39,149 bases of DNA from a virus, in IMG/VR virus record IMGVR_UViG_3300047172_000023, positions 1 to 39,149 of that record; one strand, written 5' to 3'. Positions within the stretch are counted from its first letter, which is position 1. Each line of letters begins with the position of its first letter. The notes beneath the pieces are model-generated. The model was not told where the DNA came from. It did no database searches and saw nothing but the letters and a program-made list of their open reading frames with translations. Below, in pieces: positions 1 through 8,022 of the stretch. The translations under genes and the position numbers were made by a program.

Positions 1-127
1 TGCGGTCTCAGTACGGAGCTTCTCAATCTCTTGTTTAATGCTTTGCATCTCAAGCTCAGGAGTGGGCTTTTGTCCATTGAGCATGAACTGCGTAATCTGT
101 TCGTATGAAAGACCAAGCATTTCAAGG
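1..127. repeat. Terminal direct repeat copy 1 (identical to 39023..39149); circular-assembly overlap
   Basis: Read directly: tgcggtctcagtacggagc...gaccaagcatttcaagg recurs verbatim as the last 127 nt of the window. Confidence 0.95.
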
Positions 128-438
128 GCTTTGATAGGATTCTGCGTAGCTTGTTGCCGCGCCTTCTCCCATTCGGAGACTTTAGCCTGTTGTTGCTTCA
201 GCTCAACCATCTGCTTCTGTAGGGCCCGCTCTTTCTTAGCCAATGCGGCGAAGCGGTCAGAGCCGGGTTGCTGGGGCTTCGTTTCCGTTTTAACGGGCGT
301 AACAGCCTCTTGGAGCGTCTTTGGTACTTCCTGAGTACCTTGGGTGCGGGGTACCCCCTGAACAGGGCTTGTAGGGGCCTTAGAGTCGATAATAGGGGCT
401 TCTGTGCTGAGGGCTGCCATTGCTGATTCGATGCTCAT
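1..438 (-). CDS. Scaffolding protein, N-terminal 146 codons (gene continues across the circular junction into 38573..39022)
   Basis: Absent from the ORF track because it runs off the window edge. The minus-strand ATG at 438 overlaps the portal stop (TAATG). My translation MSIESAMAALSTEAPIIDSK...NPIKALEMLGLSYEQ has no stop. It is in frame (438-120=318) with the Met that heads ORF 38573..39142. Confidence 0.7.
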   Translation of the reverse strand, partial: MSIESAMAALSTEAPIIDSKAPTSPVQGVPRTQGTQEVPKTLQEAVTPVKTETKPQQPGSDRFAALAKKERALQKQMVELKQQQAKVSEWEKARQQATQNPIKALEMLGLSYEQITQFMLNGQKPTPELEMQSIKQEIEKLRTETA

Positions 439-2309
439 TACTGTGGAACTCCTGGTTGGTTAGGGATTAAAGGTGATTGGGGCTGCGGTTGAGGGGCGGC
501 CTGCGGTGTCGGCGCACCTTGCCCCGGCTGTGGTTGCGGGTTCGCCGCCTGTGCCAGCATGTCTAACTGGTCAATAAACCTACGATAAAGGTCAAGCCGC
601 TCTTCTTCTAAGCCTTGGCTTTTGTAATGTGCGTAATACAAAAGGGCTAATTTACGAGCGCGATTCATATCATCGAAAGGCTCAGGTGGCGTATATTCGC
701 CGTCTTCGGCCATCTTATCTAGAATCTTCTTCAAGTAGTCGATAGGCGAGTTATTTAAAATCTCTTCAGCTTCCAAATCTGGGTAGTCCAGAAGCCTGCG
801 CCCTGCTTCAGGGTCGACAAGGCCTGCTTGCATCAACTCTTGGATGGTTTGTAAGCGGCCAGCTGGTTCATCAGGGAGAGCGCTGACTGGGTAGCATTTC
901 AATACGTACGCATCTTCGTGCATGTGCACGTCTTTCCAGTCAATTGTCTCGATGAACTTCTTGCCAGGCACCTTTACTTTGTACGATTCTGTGCCTTCCC
1001 CATAGAGAGTCTTAGCCATAGAAACAACCACACTAGCCAAATCAACAAAGAAACGTTCATATGCTTGTCCTACAGTCATGAACCTATCAGATTCAATGTC
1101 GTTATACTCTCTTAACGCTTTCCCGGAATCCAAACCGTCTGGCTTTTTGCTCGCCGCCGACAGCTGAGACACACCAGCTTGTTCGAAGGCGGCGTCTTTG
1201 AGAGTCTGTAAGTGTTGATAGATTTCAGGAGGGATGATAGGTGGAGTAACGTACTGAGGCTGAGTACCACTATAGTTAACAATAGCGCCGATGTCATTGT
1301 TCAGGTGCTCCTTGACTATCTTGGAACCATTTTCCAAGAGAATCTTGAATGAACCAGCCAAGTGCATGGAGCGTTGGATGACCCACAACAGCTTATTAAT
1401 CTCTAGTTGGATGTTTTGAATCTGTTCAACTAAGCTTTGTCCCCAGTACCCAAAGAGCTTCTTGCTCCAGTGGAAGAAGACGAAAGGGAAGAAATGCTTA
1501 TCATACTCTTCTTCAAAAAGGCAAGTTTGGTCAATGCAGATAACGTGGCGTCCATCCTTTGCGTCAGGTCCAGATGGAAGATGCCATGCTTCACAGACGG
1601 CCACTTCGTCACTAATCGTAGGCTTGCCACCGAGGTCATCAGGCTTTGCTTGGTTGCTTTCTTCAATTGCTTTCCTCATGTTGGGGAACATGTTGATTAG
1701 AACGCCGCGGTCAATAGTACGAGTCTTATATAGAGAGCGGGGTTCACCGTAAAAGGCTTCGACTTCATCTACCTGTAATTCTGAGATAATTTGGCGTTGG
1801 AACCTAAGTCGACCGTCTTTCTCATATACGAAGAGCGCTCCCGTGCCCCAGATTGCCGCATCTCGGAATATCTGCGTAGCCAGCTCATAGACGTCATTCT
1901 CATAGAACACGCCCTCTACGAACTTGGTAAGGTTCTGGGCCTTCATCTGGAGCTTGTAGTCCCCTCCAGAAGTAAGGAACAGCGGCTTAGGCTTATTCTT
2001 AGCAATCTTGGCCGTTACTGTATCGACCGTAGCTTGACATACGTTGTATGTAACTCTAGAGGCACTCGCATTAGTAACAGAAGCAAGTTTAGAATAAGTG
2101 AGCCCATTAAGGCCCATGAGAGAAAGGTTTCCATATAATCGCGTAGTTGTGATTAGGTTAGTGATGCGCATCGTCTGGTTCGAGCCCAGATATTTAACCA
2201 CACCAAAGAGAGCGGCGGCCACGTCTTTCTTTGTATCTGCCAGCCACCATTTGCCGTTGACAGGAGAAGTAGAAAGTTCGCCGTTAGAAATAAATGTTTG
2301 ATAGTCCAT
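438..2309 (-). CDS. Portal (head-tail connector) protein, T7 gp8-type
   Basis: 623-aa ORF immediately upstream of the scaffold and capsid genes. FGYWGQSLVEQIQNIQLEINKLLWVIQRSMH parallels the recalled T7 gp8 segment ESYGRSYIEEYLGDLRSLENLQEAIVKMSM. The C-terminal tail is P/Q-rich. Confidence 0.8.
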   Translation of the reverse strand: MDYQTFISNGELSTSPVNGKWWLADTKKDVAAALFGVVKYLGSNQTMRITNLITTTRLYGNLSLMGLNGLTYSKLASVTNASASRVTYNVCQATVDTVTAKIAKNKPKPLFLTSGGDYKLQMKAQNLTKFVEGVFYENDVYELATQIFRDAAIWGTGALFVYEKDGRLRFQRQIISELQVDEVEAFYGEPRSLYKTRTIDRGVLINMFPNMRKAIEESNQAKPDDLGGKPTISDEVAVCEAWHLPSGPDAKDGRHVICIDQTCLFEEEYDKHFFPFVFFHWSKKLFGYWGQSLVEQIQNIQLEINKLLWVIQRSMHLAGSFKILLENGSKIVKEHLNNDIGAIVNYSGTQPQYVTPPIIPPEIYQHLQTLKDAAFEQAGVSQLSAASKKPDGLDSGKALREYNDIESDRFMTVGQAYERFFVDLASVVVSMAKTLYGEGTESYKVKVPGKKFIETIDWKDVHMHEDAYVLKCYPVSALPDEPAGRLQTIQELMQAGLVDPEAGRRLLDYPDLEAEEILNNSPIDYLKKILDKMAEDGEYTPPEPFDDMNRARKLALLYYAHYKSQGLEEERLDLYRRFIDQLDMLAQAANPQPQPGQGAPTPQAAPQPQPQSPLIPNQPGVPQ

Positions 2310-2312
2310 TAA

Positions 2313-2528
2313 TTATTCTTTGGATTCAAGAGGGGCTTCAACACTGTAGAACAGCATGTCTTCATTGCTGAGTTCTTGTGTTGTTGGGGCTATTGGTTCG
2401 GTTGGAACCAGGATAGGAGAATTCATTTGCTTGTCGCTAATAGAAAACTCAATTTCTCCAAACTTCAAATACGTGACGCCACTATCTTTGGCTATCTGTA
2501 TTAGTTCTAAAAGCTTGGTTGTATCCAT
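2313..2528 (-). CDS. Hypothetical protein (71 aa)
   Basis: ATG-initiated ORF ending 4 nt before the portal start on the same strand. No motif recognised. Confidence 0.5.
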   Translation of the reverse strand: MDTTKLLELIQIAKDSGVTYLKFGEIEFSISDKQMNSPILVPTEPIAPTTQELSNEDMLFYSVEAPLESKE

Positions 2529-2589
2529 TGATGTTCTATCAAGAGCGGTGTTTATGTAATATAGCTATTACGCTTCCTATACTACCCAA

Positions 2590-2616
2590 CGCTCCTCATT
2601 AGCAGCGACTAGACAA
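2590..2616 (-). promoter_or_regulatory. Conserved 27-nt intergenic element, copy A (TTGTCTAGTCGCTGCTAATGAGGAGCG on the minus strand)
   Basis: The first 16 nt are identical to 6257..6272. The remainder matches at 9 of 11 positions with one indel. It lies in the 198-nt gap between terL and the 71-aa ORF, oriented with the downstream genes. Confidence 0.6.
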
Positions 2617-2726
2617 CTTCTGGGGCCCCTATATATAGAGATTATTGCAAAGTTTGATTTTAGTGCTAGTTAACTACTAGAGGTTGTTATTTAATATTTA
2701 TTTTCAAGATTGCAGGTTAAGATTTC

Positions 2727-4199
2727 TTAACTGGGTTCGTCAGAGGGTGGAAGGCCTTTGCCCCAAGGAGCATAATCGTCATTGTTGGTGCGTTCGGCTA
2801 AGCGCGCTTCGGCTTCTTCTTCGAGTTCTTTTTCGAGGTTCGCGTACCATTCTGGGGTGTGTTTTGCAACAATTGGTGTTGGGGCCACAAACAACCAATG
2901 GAGAGCTTCTCGATAAGCATATAAAACTGCATCTGCGATATCACTATGAAAGGAGTCTCGAATCGCAAGTCTATTTGGATTGGAACGGTCCCACTCCACG
3001 AGCATACAATCTTGAGCAAATCGCGAGTGTGCACTGGCTTTAAACCTGGAAGTTCTAAGAGCATCATTAAGTAGTTCAATATATTCGAACTTACGAGACT
3101 TTTCAGCAGCTTCGATGGGAAGGGCATAGCGTTTCCTTAACTCTTCAGCAAGCTTCTTGCCAAGCCCGCCCGTGTCCATGACAATGCGCATGGGGTTGTA
3201 TTTTGCGATTACAGTTTCCAATTGCAGGGCTAAATCGGTAACCGTATTTCCACGGGTAACAACTTCTTCTACCAAATATATGTTAGGAGAACCAGCGCTC
3301 CAGCCCAACACAGCAATGGCATCAGCATCGTCAAACCCCAAATCCACGCCAATAACAAACTCGGTCGGCTTCTCATATCCGACACTGCTTTCGGTATAAT
3401 CGTTTTTAGCGTTATCGTAATGAAAAACCAAGCTGGAGCTATCAACAACCCACTCAGCAAACACTTCACGACGAATTGACGAATCGTGGAGAGTTACTCC
3501 TTTTCTTTTGAGGTCTTGCTCAAGTATCTCTTTAGGACTCTTTCCTGACTTTTGTTCAATGTAAGGGTTATCAAACATGGTCCATTTGTGGCCAGAGAAC
3601 CTAGTAGGGCTGAATCTACCGTTAATATCGCTGTACCCGACAGCACATTTGTAGAAGTAGCCTGATGGGACTGGACCAGGCGTTCCGATAAGGGCCAGAG
3701 TTCCATCGTAATCATAGAGGGCTTTCGAGATGACTTCTTCGATGAGCGTTTCGAGGTATTCTTTGAAGCTTTGCGTTTCGTCGATAATACATAGCGCAAG
3801 GCCAAGTCCCCGGAACTTTTCAACTTCTGATGAGTCGTTAGCCCCAGAAAGGAAAATTCTGGACCCATTGGTAAAGGTGATGGATAGGTCTGACTCATTG
3901 ATTTGTCCTTTCAGTTGGTATTCATGATTGATTTCAAGGAGCGTCGGCCATATGATTTTCTTGGCATTGCTCCTGGTCAGCGTTATATAAAGCGATGTGG
4001 AGTTGGGGCGACTGAGGGCGGTGTGCAGTAGATAGGCGGCACAGCAATAGGTCTTGCCAGCGCGGCGGCCGGTAACGCACACCTTAAGCTTCGAGGGGTC
4101 CTTAATGAACCCCACCTGCTTAGGGAAACATACGTCTTCGACCTGGAACCGCCCTTTTGTACGAGCGGCTAATTCTTCAAGCGCTCTTCGGGGGTCCAT
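2727..4199 (-). CDS. terL: Terminase large subunit
   Basis: Walker A VTGRRAGKTY and Walker B LCIIDETQ. C-terminal RNaseH-like nuclease acidic motif VIGVDLGFDDADAIAVL. The track start at 4208 is TTG; the first ATG is at 4199. Confidence 0.9.
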   Translation of the reverse strand: MDPRRALEELAARTKGRFQVEDVCFPKQVGFIKDPSKLKVCVTGRRAGKTYCCAAYLLHTALSRPNSTSLYITLTRSNAKKIIWPTLLEINHEYQLKGQINESDLSITFTNGSRIFLSGANDSSEVEKFRGLGLALCIIDETQSFKEYLETLIEEVISKALYDYDGTLALIGTPGPVPSGYFYKCAVGYSDINGRFSPTRFSGHKWTMFDNPYIEQKSGKSPKEILEQDLKRKGVTLHDSSIRREVFAEWVVDSSSLVFHYDNAKNDYTESSVGYEKPTEFVIGVDLGFDDADAIAVLGWSAGSPNIYLVEEVVTRGNTVTDLALQLETVIAKYNPMRIVMDTGGLGKKLAEELRKRYALPIEAAEKSRKFEYIELLNDALRTSRFKASAHSRFAQDCMLVEWDRSNPNRLAIRDSFHSDIADAVLYAYREALHWLFVAPTPIVAKHTPEWYANLEKELEEEAEARLAERTNNDDYAPWGKGLPPSDEPS

Positions 4200-4470
4200 T
4201 GTCCACAACCTTTAGGTCTGGCGGTGTTGCCGGTTTTGGTGGAATTGAAGATAAGTGGGTCGGGGCTTTGCGCAATCTTAATTTGATTGCAACAAAGTAC
4301 GTTAGAAGGTACATTTGGTACAAGAATTGTACAGTCTTACGCCCAAGCTGAATGTTGGCTGTAACAGCGTTGACCTTGGCTTGGTCTTCAACCCTAACTT
4401 CTTCAGGTTTAACTTGAACTTTTTTCTGCGTCTCAACGAACTTAGTTTCCAGGAAATCAAAGTAGTTCAT
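4177..4470 (-). CDS. Hypothetical protein (97 aa); small terminase only by position
   Basis: The ATG overlaps the upstream stop (ATGA) and the 3' end overlaps the terL start by 23 nt. No motif seen. The C-terminal third is low-complexity. Confidence 0.4.
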   Translation of the reverse strand: MNYFDFLETKFVETQKKVQVKPEEVRVEDQAKVNAVTANIQLGRKTVQFLYQMYLLTYFVAIKLRLRKAPTHLSSIPPKPATPPDLKVVDNGPPKSA

Positions 4471-4700
4471 TCTTTACTCCCATTCTCCGTAACAAAGTCA
4501 ATCTCATAGATATTTGCAAATGGAATTAATTTAATTCCGAAAGGTTTACCTTGGTCGATTAAAACCCCATTATTGTGCAACTTCATTTCGACCCTGTCGC
4601 GCCCCACGTCAACACCCAATTGTGGTACCATCCGGACCGTGACTCCAGCATGAACCCTAATACGATTAATCAGTTTATATCCATCTTTAGACAGCGGCAT
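4467..4700 (-). CDS. Hypothetical protein (77 aa)
   Basis: Track ORF 4467..4853 trimmed to the internal ATG (MPLSKDGYKLINRIRVH...). The upstream part overlaps the better-looking ORF 4687..4941 in another frame. Confidence 0.45.
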   Translation of the reverse strand: MPLSKDGYKLINRIRVHAGVTVRMVPQLGVDVGRDRVEMKLHNNGVLIDQGKPFGIKLIPFANIYEIDFVTENGSKE

Positions 4701-4941
4701 CAGTTTTCTCCTCAGCTGGTGCAGTTTTAGCAGAACCAGCCTCTTGCATTTCTTTACCAAGCTCCACAATCCGCTGCTCATTCTTTTCAATCTCAGCCTG
4801 CATAACCTTAATTTGAAAATGGAGCTGGCCATTTTGAGCACAAAGTTGACCATATTCTTGTTGAATCTCTTCTTGTTTACGAGCCATTGCGTTTTCTCTC
4901 CTTTTATTTATTGATTGCCAAAATGGCGGATATTTATTCAT
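4687..4941 (-). CDS. Hypothetical coiled-coil protein (84 aa)
   Basis: Charged heptad-like sequence QEEIQQEYGQL...EIEKNEQRIVELGKEMQE. TAATG coupling to the upstream gene. Confidence 0.55.
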   Translation of the reverse strand: MNKYPPFWQSINKRRENAMARKQEEIQQEYGQLCAQNGQLHFQIKVMQAEIEKNEQRIVELGKEMQEAGSAKTAPAEEKTDAAV

Positions 4942-5372
4942 TAGATTAAGTATGGGTTATATGTACAAACCCACCCTTCCTTTTCCTTGTTAGCAAACTT
5001 CTTACCTAAATCTGTTTGGTGTGTATAAACCAATGCATTGATTCTAACGCCGGATGCTCCTAAAAGCGTCGTAAACACACCAAGGTTGCGAAACGCCTTC
5101 TTCACATAGCCATACTGTATCACATCCCTATCAGGGAGCGGCTCCCATATCAAATAGCCATAAATAACAGTTGGGTCTACTTTATCCGCGGCAATAAGAA
5201 CGCTAGCGCCACGGTCAAGAATACGCTTAACAACAGCATGGTGAAACTCATAATAAATGTCCTTATCTAAGTCTTTAGCAAATTCACTAGAGTGCCGGTA
5301 GTTGCGAAGCCAGGTGGCGTAGATAAACGGCCTGTCTTGCTCAGTGGCTTTTCTGATTTGTAACTGGGTCAT
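4941..5372 (-). CDS. GNAT-family N-acetyltransferase-like protein
   Basis: 143 aa. YGYVKKAFRNLGVFTTLL resembles GNAT motif A (R-x-x-G-x-[AG]-like). Size is typical. ATGA coupling on both sides. Confidence 0.5.
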   Translation of the reverse strand: MTQLQIRKATEQDRPFIYATWLRNYRHSSEFAKDLDKDIYYEFHHAVVKRILDRGASVLIAADKVDPTVIYGYLIWEPLPDRDVIQYGYVKKAFRNLGVFTTLLGASGVRINALVYTHQTDLGKKFANKEKEGWVCTYNPYLI

Positions 5373-5698
5373 CCCTTCACCCTTGCTTCGTACTTGGCGA
5401 TTGTGCGAGAAACTTTAGACTCGGTCATGGAAAGCATTTTAGCTATTTCGGTACCGAGCCATCCTTCAGAATGCATGAACCACAATACTTTATCTTTCTT
5501 TGTTTCGAAAGAACCGGACTCAAGAAAGTTCTTAGCATTGACAAAGTAACGATAGGTTGCTTCATGAACTTCAGTCAACATCCTTGTAGGTTCAAAGAGT
5601 TCCATTTCATTCTTCTCAATATCTTCAAAGCCATCATCGGCGAGTTTCTTGTACCACTCACGCTTTAACTTCTTAAACTCTGGACTCTTGAACTTCAT
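5369..5698 (-). CDS. Small DNA-binding protein with C-terminal sigma-70 region-4-like helix-turn-helix
   Basis: EGWLGTEIAKMLSMTESKVSRTIAKYEARV follows the region-4 pattern (EG-x4-EIA-x2-L-x-[ML]-[ST]-x3-V-x3-[IL]). 109 aa. Confidence 0.5.
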   Translation of the reverse strand: MKFKSPEFKKLKREWYKKLADDGFEDIEKNEMELFEPTRMLTEVHEATYRYFVNAKNFLESGSFETKKDKVLWFMHSEGWLGTEIAKMLSMTESKVSRTIAKYEARVKG

Positions 5699-5955
5699 TG
5701 ACTTTTGCCTTCAACCAGGGGCTTAGCAAGTTCTAGTAATTCTTCAGTAGTCATCTTTGATAAGCGCCTAGCCTCATCTTTACTCTTAGCTTCTAAGTTA
5801 GAAGAAAGGTTAAGGAGCGCGCGGCTGTAGTCTACCAAGTCAGCGGCAACCGTGTGAGGTAACTTATCTCCAAACTTACTCATGTTAGCGATAGCAGTAA
5901 CATCTTGCTCTATAAGTCCAATTACTTTCTGCAATAGTTGTGATACGTCAGCCAT
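5695..5955 (-). CDS. Hypothetical protein (86 aa)
   Basis: ATG start with TAATG/ATGA coupling to both neighbours. Predicted helical and charged. Confidence 0.5.
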   Translation of the reverse strand: MADVSQLLQKVIGLIEQDVTAIANMSKFGDKLPHTVAADLVDYSRALLNLSSNLEAKSKDEARRLSKMTTEELLELAKPLVEGKSQ

Positions 5956-6194
5956 TATGCACTTGGTGGTTGAGTAATCGTCACCGCTGCGGTTGGTGAC
6001 GTAATGTTTAAATTCTTCTTATAGTTGTAAGCTAACGCACTGATAAGAAATGTGCCAACCTCCATGTAAGAAGCATTCGACACTGTCAATAGCTTATACA
6101 GACTTATCATAATTGATATGTTGGTCAGAGACAACTGACCATTCTCATCTATTAATCTAATGAACTGACCAATCTTTAGTAATGTGTTCAACAT
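5955..6194 (-). CDS. Hypothetical membrane-associated protein (79 aa)
   Basis: The track start at 6233 is TTG and lies inside a promoter. The first ATG (6194, MLNTLLKIGQF...) sits 6 nt after the -10. Contains hydrophobic segments. Confidence 0.5.
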   Translation of the reverse strand: MLNTLLKIGQFIRLIDENGQLSLTNISIMISLYKLLTVSNASYMEVGTFLISALAYNYKKNLNITSPTAAVTITQPPSA

Positions 6195-6200
6195 GATTAC

Positions 6201-6229
6201 AGTATAAGCCTCATTGGACCAATTGTCAA
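6201..6229 (-). promoter_or_regulatory. Sigma70-like promoter TTGACA-N17-TATACT, 6 nt before ATG 6194
   Basis: The minus strand reads TTGACAattggtccaatgaggctTATACTgtaatcATG. Confidence 0.55.
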
Positions 6230-6256
6230 GCAATTGTAAAACTTGTTGTGTTTTAA

Positions 6257-6283
6257 TTGTCTAGTCGCTGCTTAATAGGGGCG
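6257..6283 (+). promoter_or_regulatory. Conserved 27-nt intergenic element, copy B (TTGTCTAGTCGCTGCTTAATAGGGGCG)
   Basis: Matches the minus-strand copy at 2590..2616. Lies between the two divergent promoters. A partial second TTGTCTACT occurs at 6297. Confidence 0.6.
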
Positions 6284-6383
6284 GTGTGCTGTAGCATTGT
6301 CTACTCTACCTATCCACCGCTCTCTTTAGCTAATATATAGCAGTTAACATGCGTTTTGGTGTTTGTCAAGAATAAAATAGATG

Positions 6384-6411
6384 TTGCATTTTAATAGGGT
6401 TGTTGTATGCT
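6384..6411 (+). promoter_or_regulatory. Sigma70-like promoter TTGCAT-N16-TATGCT, 6 nt before ATG 6418
   Basis: Reads TTGCATtttaatagggttgttgTATGCTgtacctATG. No Shine-Dalgarno sequence lies between the -10 and the ATG. Confidence 0.45.
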
Positions 6412-6417
6412 GTACCT

Positions 6418-6621
6418 ATGTTTACGAAGAAAGAAATTAGATACGCAATGATTAAAGGTAAAGCAGAAAAGAAGAAACCTGAGTTAAAGCCTCCGTTTTG
6501 CATACCTCTTAATGAAAGACAATTGACTAATTACTATATTGAGTATACACTTATAACTGCGCGTAGAGAAAAGTTTTACGGTGGTTTTGTGGACACTTTA
6601 AAGACGTATAAGGGATTTTGA
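6418..6621 (+). CDS. Hypothetical basic protein (67 aa), first gene of the plus-strand block
   Basis: The track start at 6400 is TTG; the first ATG is at 6418 (MFTKKEIRYAMIKGKAEKKKPELK...). Confidence 0.45.
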   Translation: MFTKKEIRYAMIKGKAEKKKPELKPPFCIPLNERQLTNYYIEYTLITARREKFYGGFVDTLKTYKGF

Positions 6622-6623
6622 TA

Positions 6624-7496
6624 ATGAGTTTAATTAACAAATTCAAACAATTAATGACGGATGCACATGAAGCAATTAACAAAACAGAAGAAGCTAAAGA
6701 AGCAGAAAAGATTAATACCTTTAGAGTCGGAAGCAGCGGCGCTATTGTGGAAGGTGAGGTTTATTCAACACAATGTGGACGGCTCGCCCAAGCACGTTTT
6801 CTCGGCTATCAGTCCCCTCCAACGCAAGAAATGCGCGTTATGTTTAATGGCGGCCTTACCTTTGAAGATTTTCTTGCAGCCCGTTTCACAAAGCTCGGAC
6901 TCAAGTTTCACCAAGAGCGTCAACAAGAAGGTGAAATCGCACCTGGAATCGTTGTTAGCGGGCGACCAGATTTCGAAGTTGAAACCGAAACAGGCTTGGT
7001 TGGAATAGAAGTTAAATCTTTAGCCTCCCCCTTCTCAGTAATGAAGCAGAGGAAGAATCGCTTCCCTTATATGAAGCACATGATTCAAGCGGCTACGTAC
7101 ATGACACTGACTGGTTTGGACAGTTGGTTAATTGTTATCGGCCATTCGTTTCATGTTAATGATAGAGGGATGAAGATACCCCCCGCTCTAATGTGGTATG
7201 AACTTAAATATGTCAATGGGAAGTTCATCATTACAAACGACAATAATGAGAATGCACTTTTACCATTTGACAAGCAGCATATTATATCTTACTATCGAGA
7301 ACAGCAGGATGGGATTAAAAGTAAACAGCTGATGGCTCGGCCTAAAGAATATGAACTGAATGTCGACACATACAATCGCTGCAACTATTGTCCCATGAAG
7401 AGCGCGTGTAATGAGTATGATAAAGGTTTAATAGGTTTCGAACAATGGTTATCACGTGTTGTGGTATCCAAGGAAAAGGAGCAAAGTGATGAGTGA
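6624..7496 (+). CDS. Cas4/RecB-like PD-(D/E)XK exonuclease with 4-Cys (Fe-S) cluster
   Basis: N-terminal Cys (YSTQCGRL). GRPDFEV and IEVKS form the D...E-x-K core. QAATY is the QxxxY motif. The C-terminal CNYCPMKSAC is C-x2-C-x5-C. ATG at 6624 (the track start at 6618 is TTG). Confidence 0.8.
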   Translation: MSLINKFKQLMTDAHEAINKTEEAKEAEKINTFRVGSSGAIVEGEVYSTQCGRLAQARFLGYQSPPTQEMRVMFNGGLTFEDFLAARFTKLGLKFHQERQQEGEIAPGIVVSGRPDFEVETETGLVGIEVKSLASPFSVMKQRKNRFPYMKHMIQAATYMTLTGLDSWLIVIGHSFHVNDRGMKIPPALMWYELKYVNGKFIITNDNNENALLPFDKQHIISYYREQQDGIKSKQLMARPKEYELNVDTYNRCNYCPMKSACNEYDKGLIGFEQWLSRVVVSKEKEQSDE

Positions 7497-8022
7497 ACTG
7501 AATACAAATAAATACAACTGGGGCGAACAGCTCAAAGTTGAAGTCGGAGATTTGACGTCGAGAGGCGGCGCATCTTCGTATGGTGGCAGCAAGGCGCCGT
7601 CGGGTCCCATCCCGGTCGGCCGTCATGCAGCCTTCTTGCAAGAAGTTAAACACGGTTCGTTTAAGACTGGCTCGTATGGTGTTACATTTACGTATGTCTT
7701 CGAAAGTGGAGAAGCGAAGAACCGTAAGATTCGTGAGACCATCGTACTTTCTAAAGCGGACGGGACTCCGGTTAAGTTTGCGAACAGCCGGTTGAAGCGA
7801 CGGTTGATGAGTCTTGGAATGGCGATTGAAAAAATCAATGCCTTCAAAGGCCCACGCAATGAGCATGACCTCGGCGATTTCAAGTTGGTGCTCGGCGCCC
7901 CCGTTACTTTAATCATCTCGGAAGACAAGGATTCTCGTACGGGTGAAATCCGAACTAATCCGACGACCGGCATCGCTTATCGAGTTGTTAAGGCAGCATA
8001 TGCACGCGAGGTGCAAGAGTAA
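7489..8022 (+). CDS. Hypothetical protein; possible ssDNA-binding protein by position only
   Basis: The ATG at 7489 overlaps the nuclease stop (ATGAGTGA) and is preceded by AAGGAG. 177 aa, between the nuclease and the polymerase. Confidence 0.35.
   Translation: MSELNTNKYNWGEQLKVEVGDLTSRGGASSYGGSKAPSGPIPVGRHAAFLQEVKHGSFKTGSYGVTFTYVFESGEAKNRKIRETIVLSKADGTPVKFANSRLKRRLMSLGMAIEKINAFKGPRNEHDLGDFKLVLGAPVTLIISEDKDSRTGEIRTNPTTGIAYRVVKAAYAREVQE

Noticed and set aside
38-334. The 98-aa Cys-rich plus-strand ORF at the window start.
   Set aside because: It is antisense to the in-frame, stop-free N-terminal part of the scaffold gene and has an implausible composition.
2622-2629. The GGGGCCCC palindrome occurs twice (2622-2629 and 15327-15334).
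   Set aside because: Two copies of an 8-mer are within chance expectation. The second is simply the T-stem/acceptor junction of the tRNA-like element.
2590-6283. Reading the conserved element (..CTTAATAGGGGCG / ..CTAATGAGGAGCG) as a T7-class single-subunit RNAP promoter (compare ..CACTATAGGGAGA).
   Set aside because: No ORF in the genome has the size or motifs of a phage RNA polymerase. The resemblance is limited to the ATAGG core.
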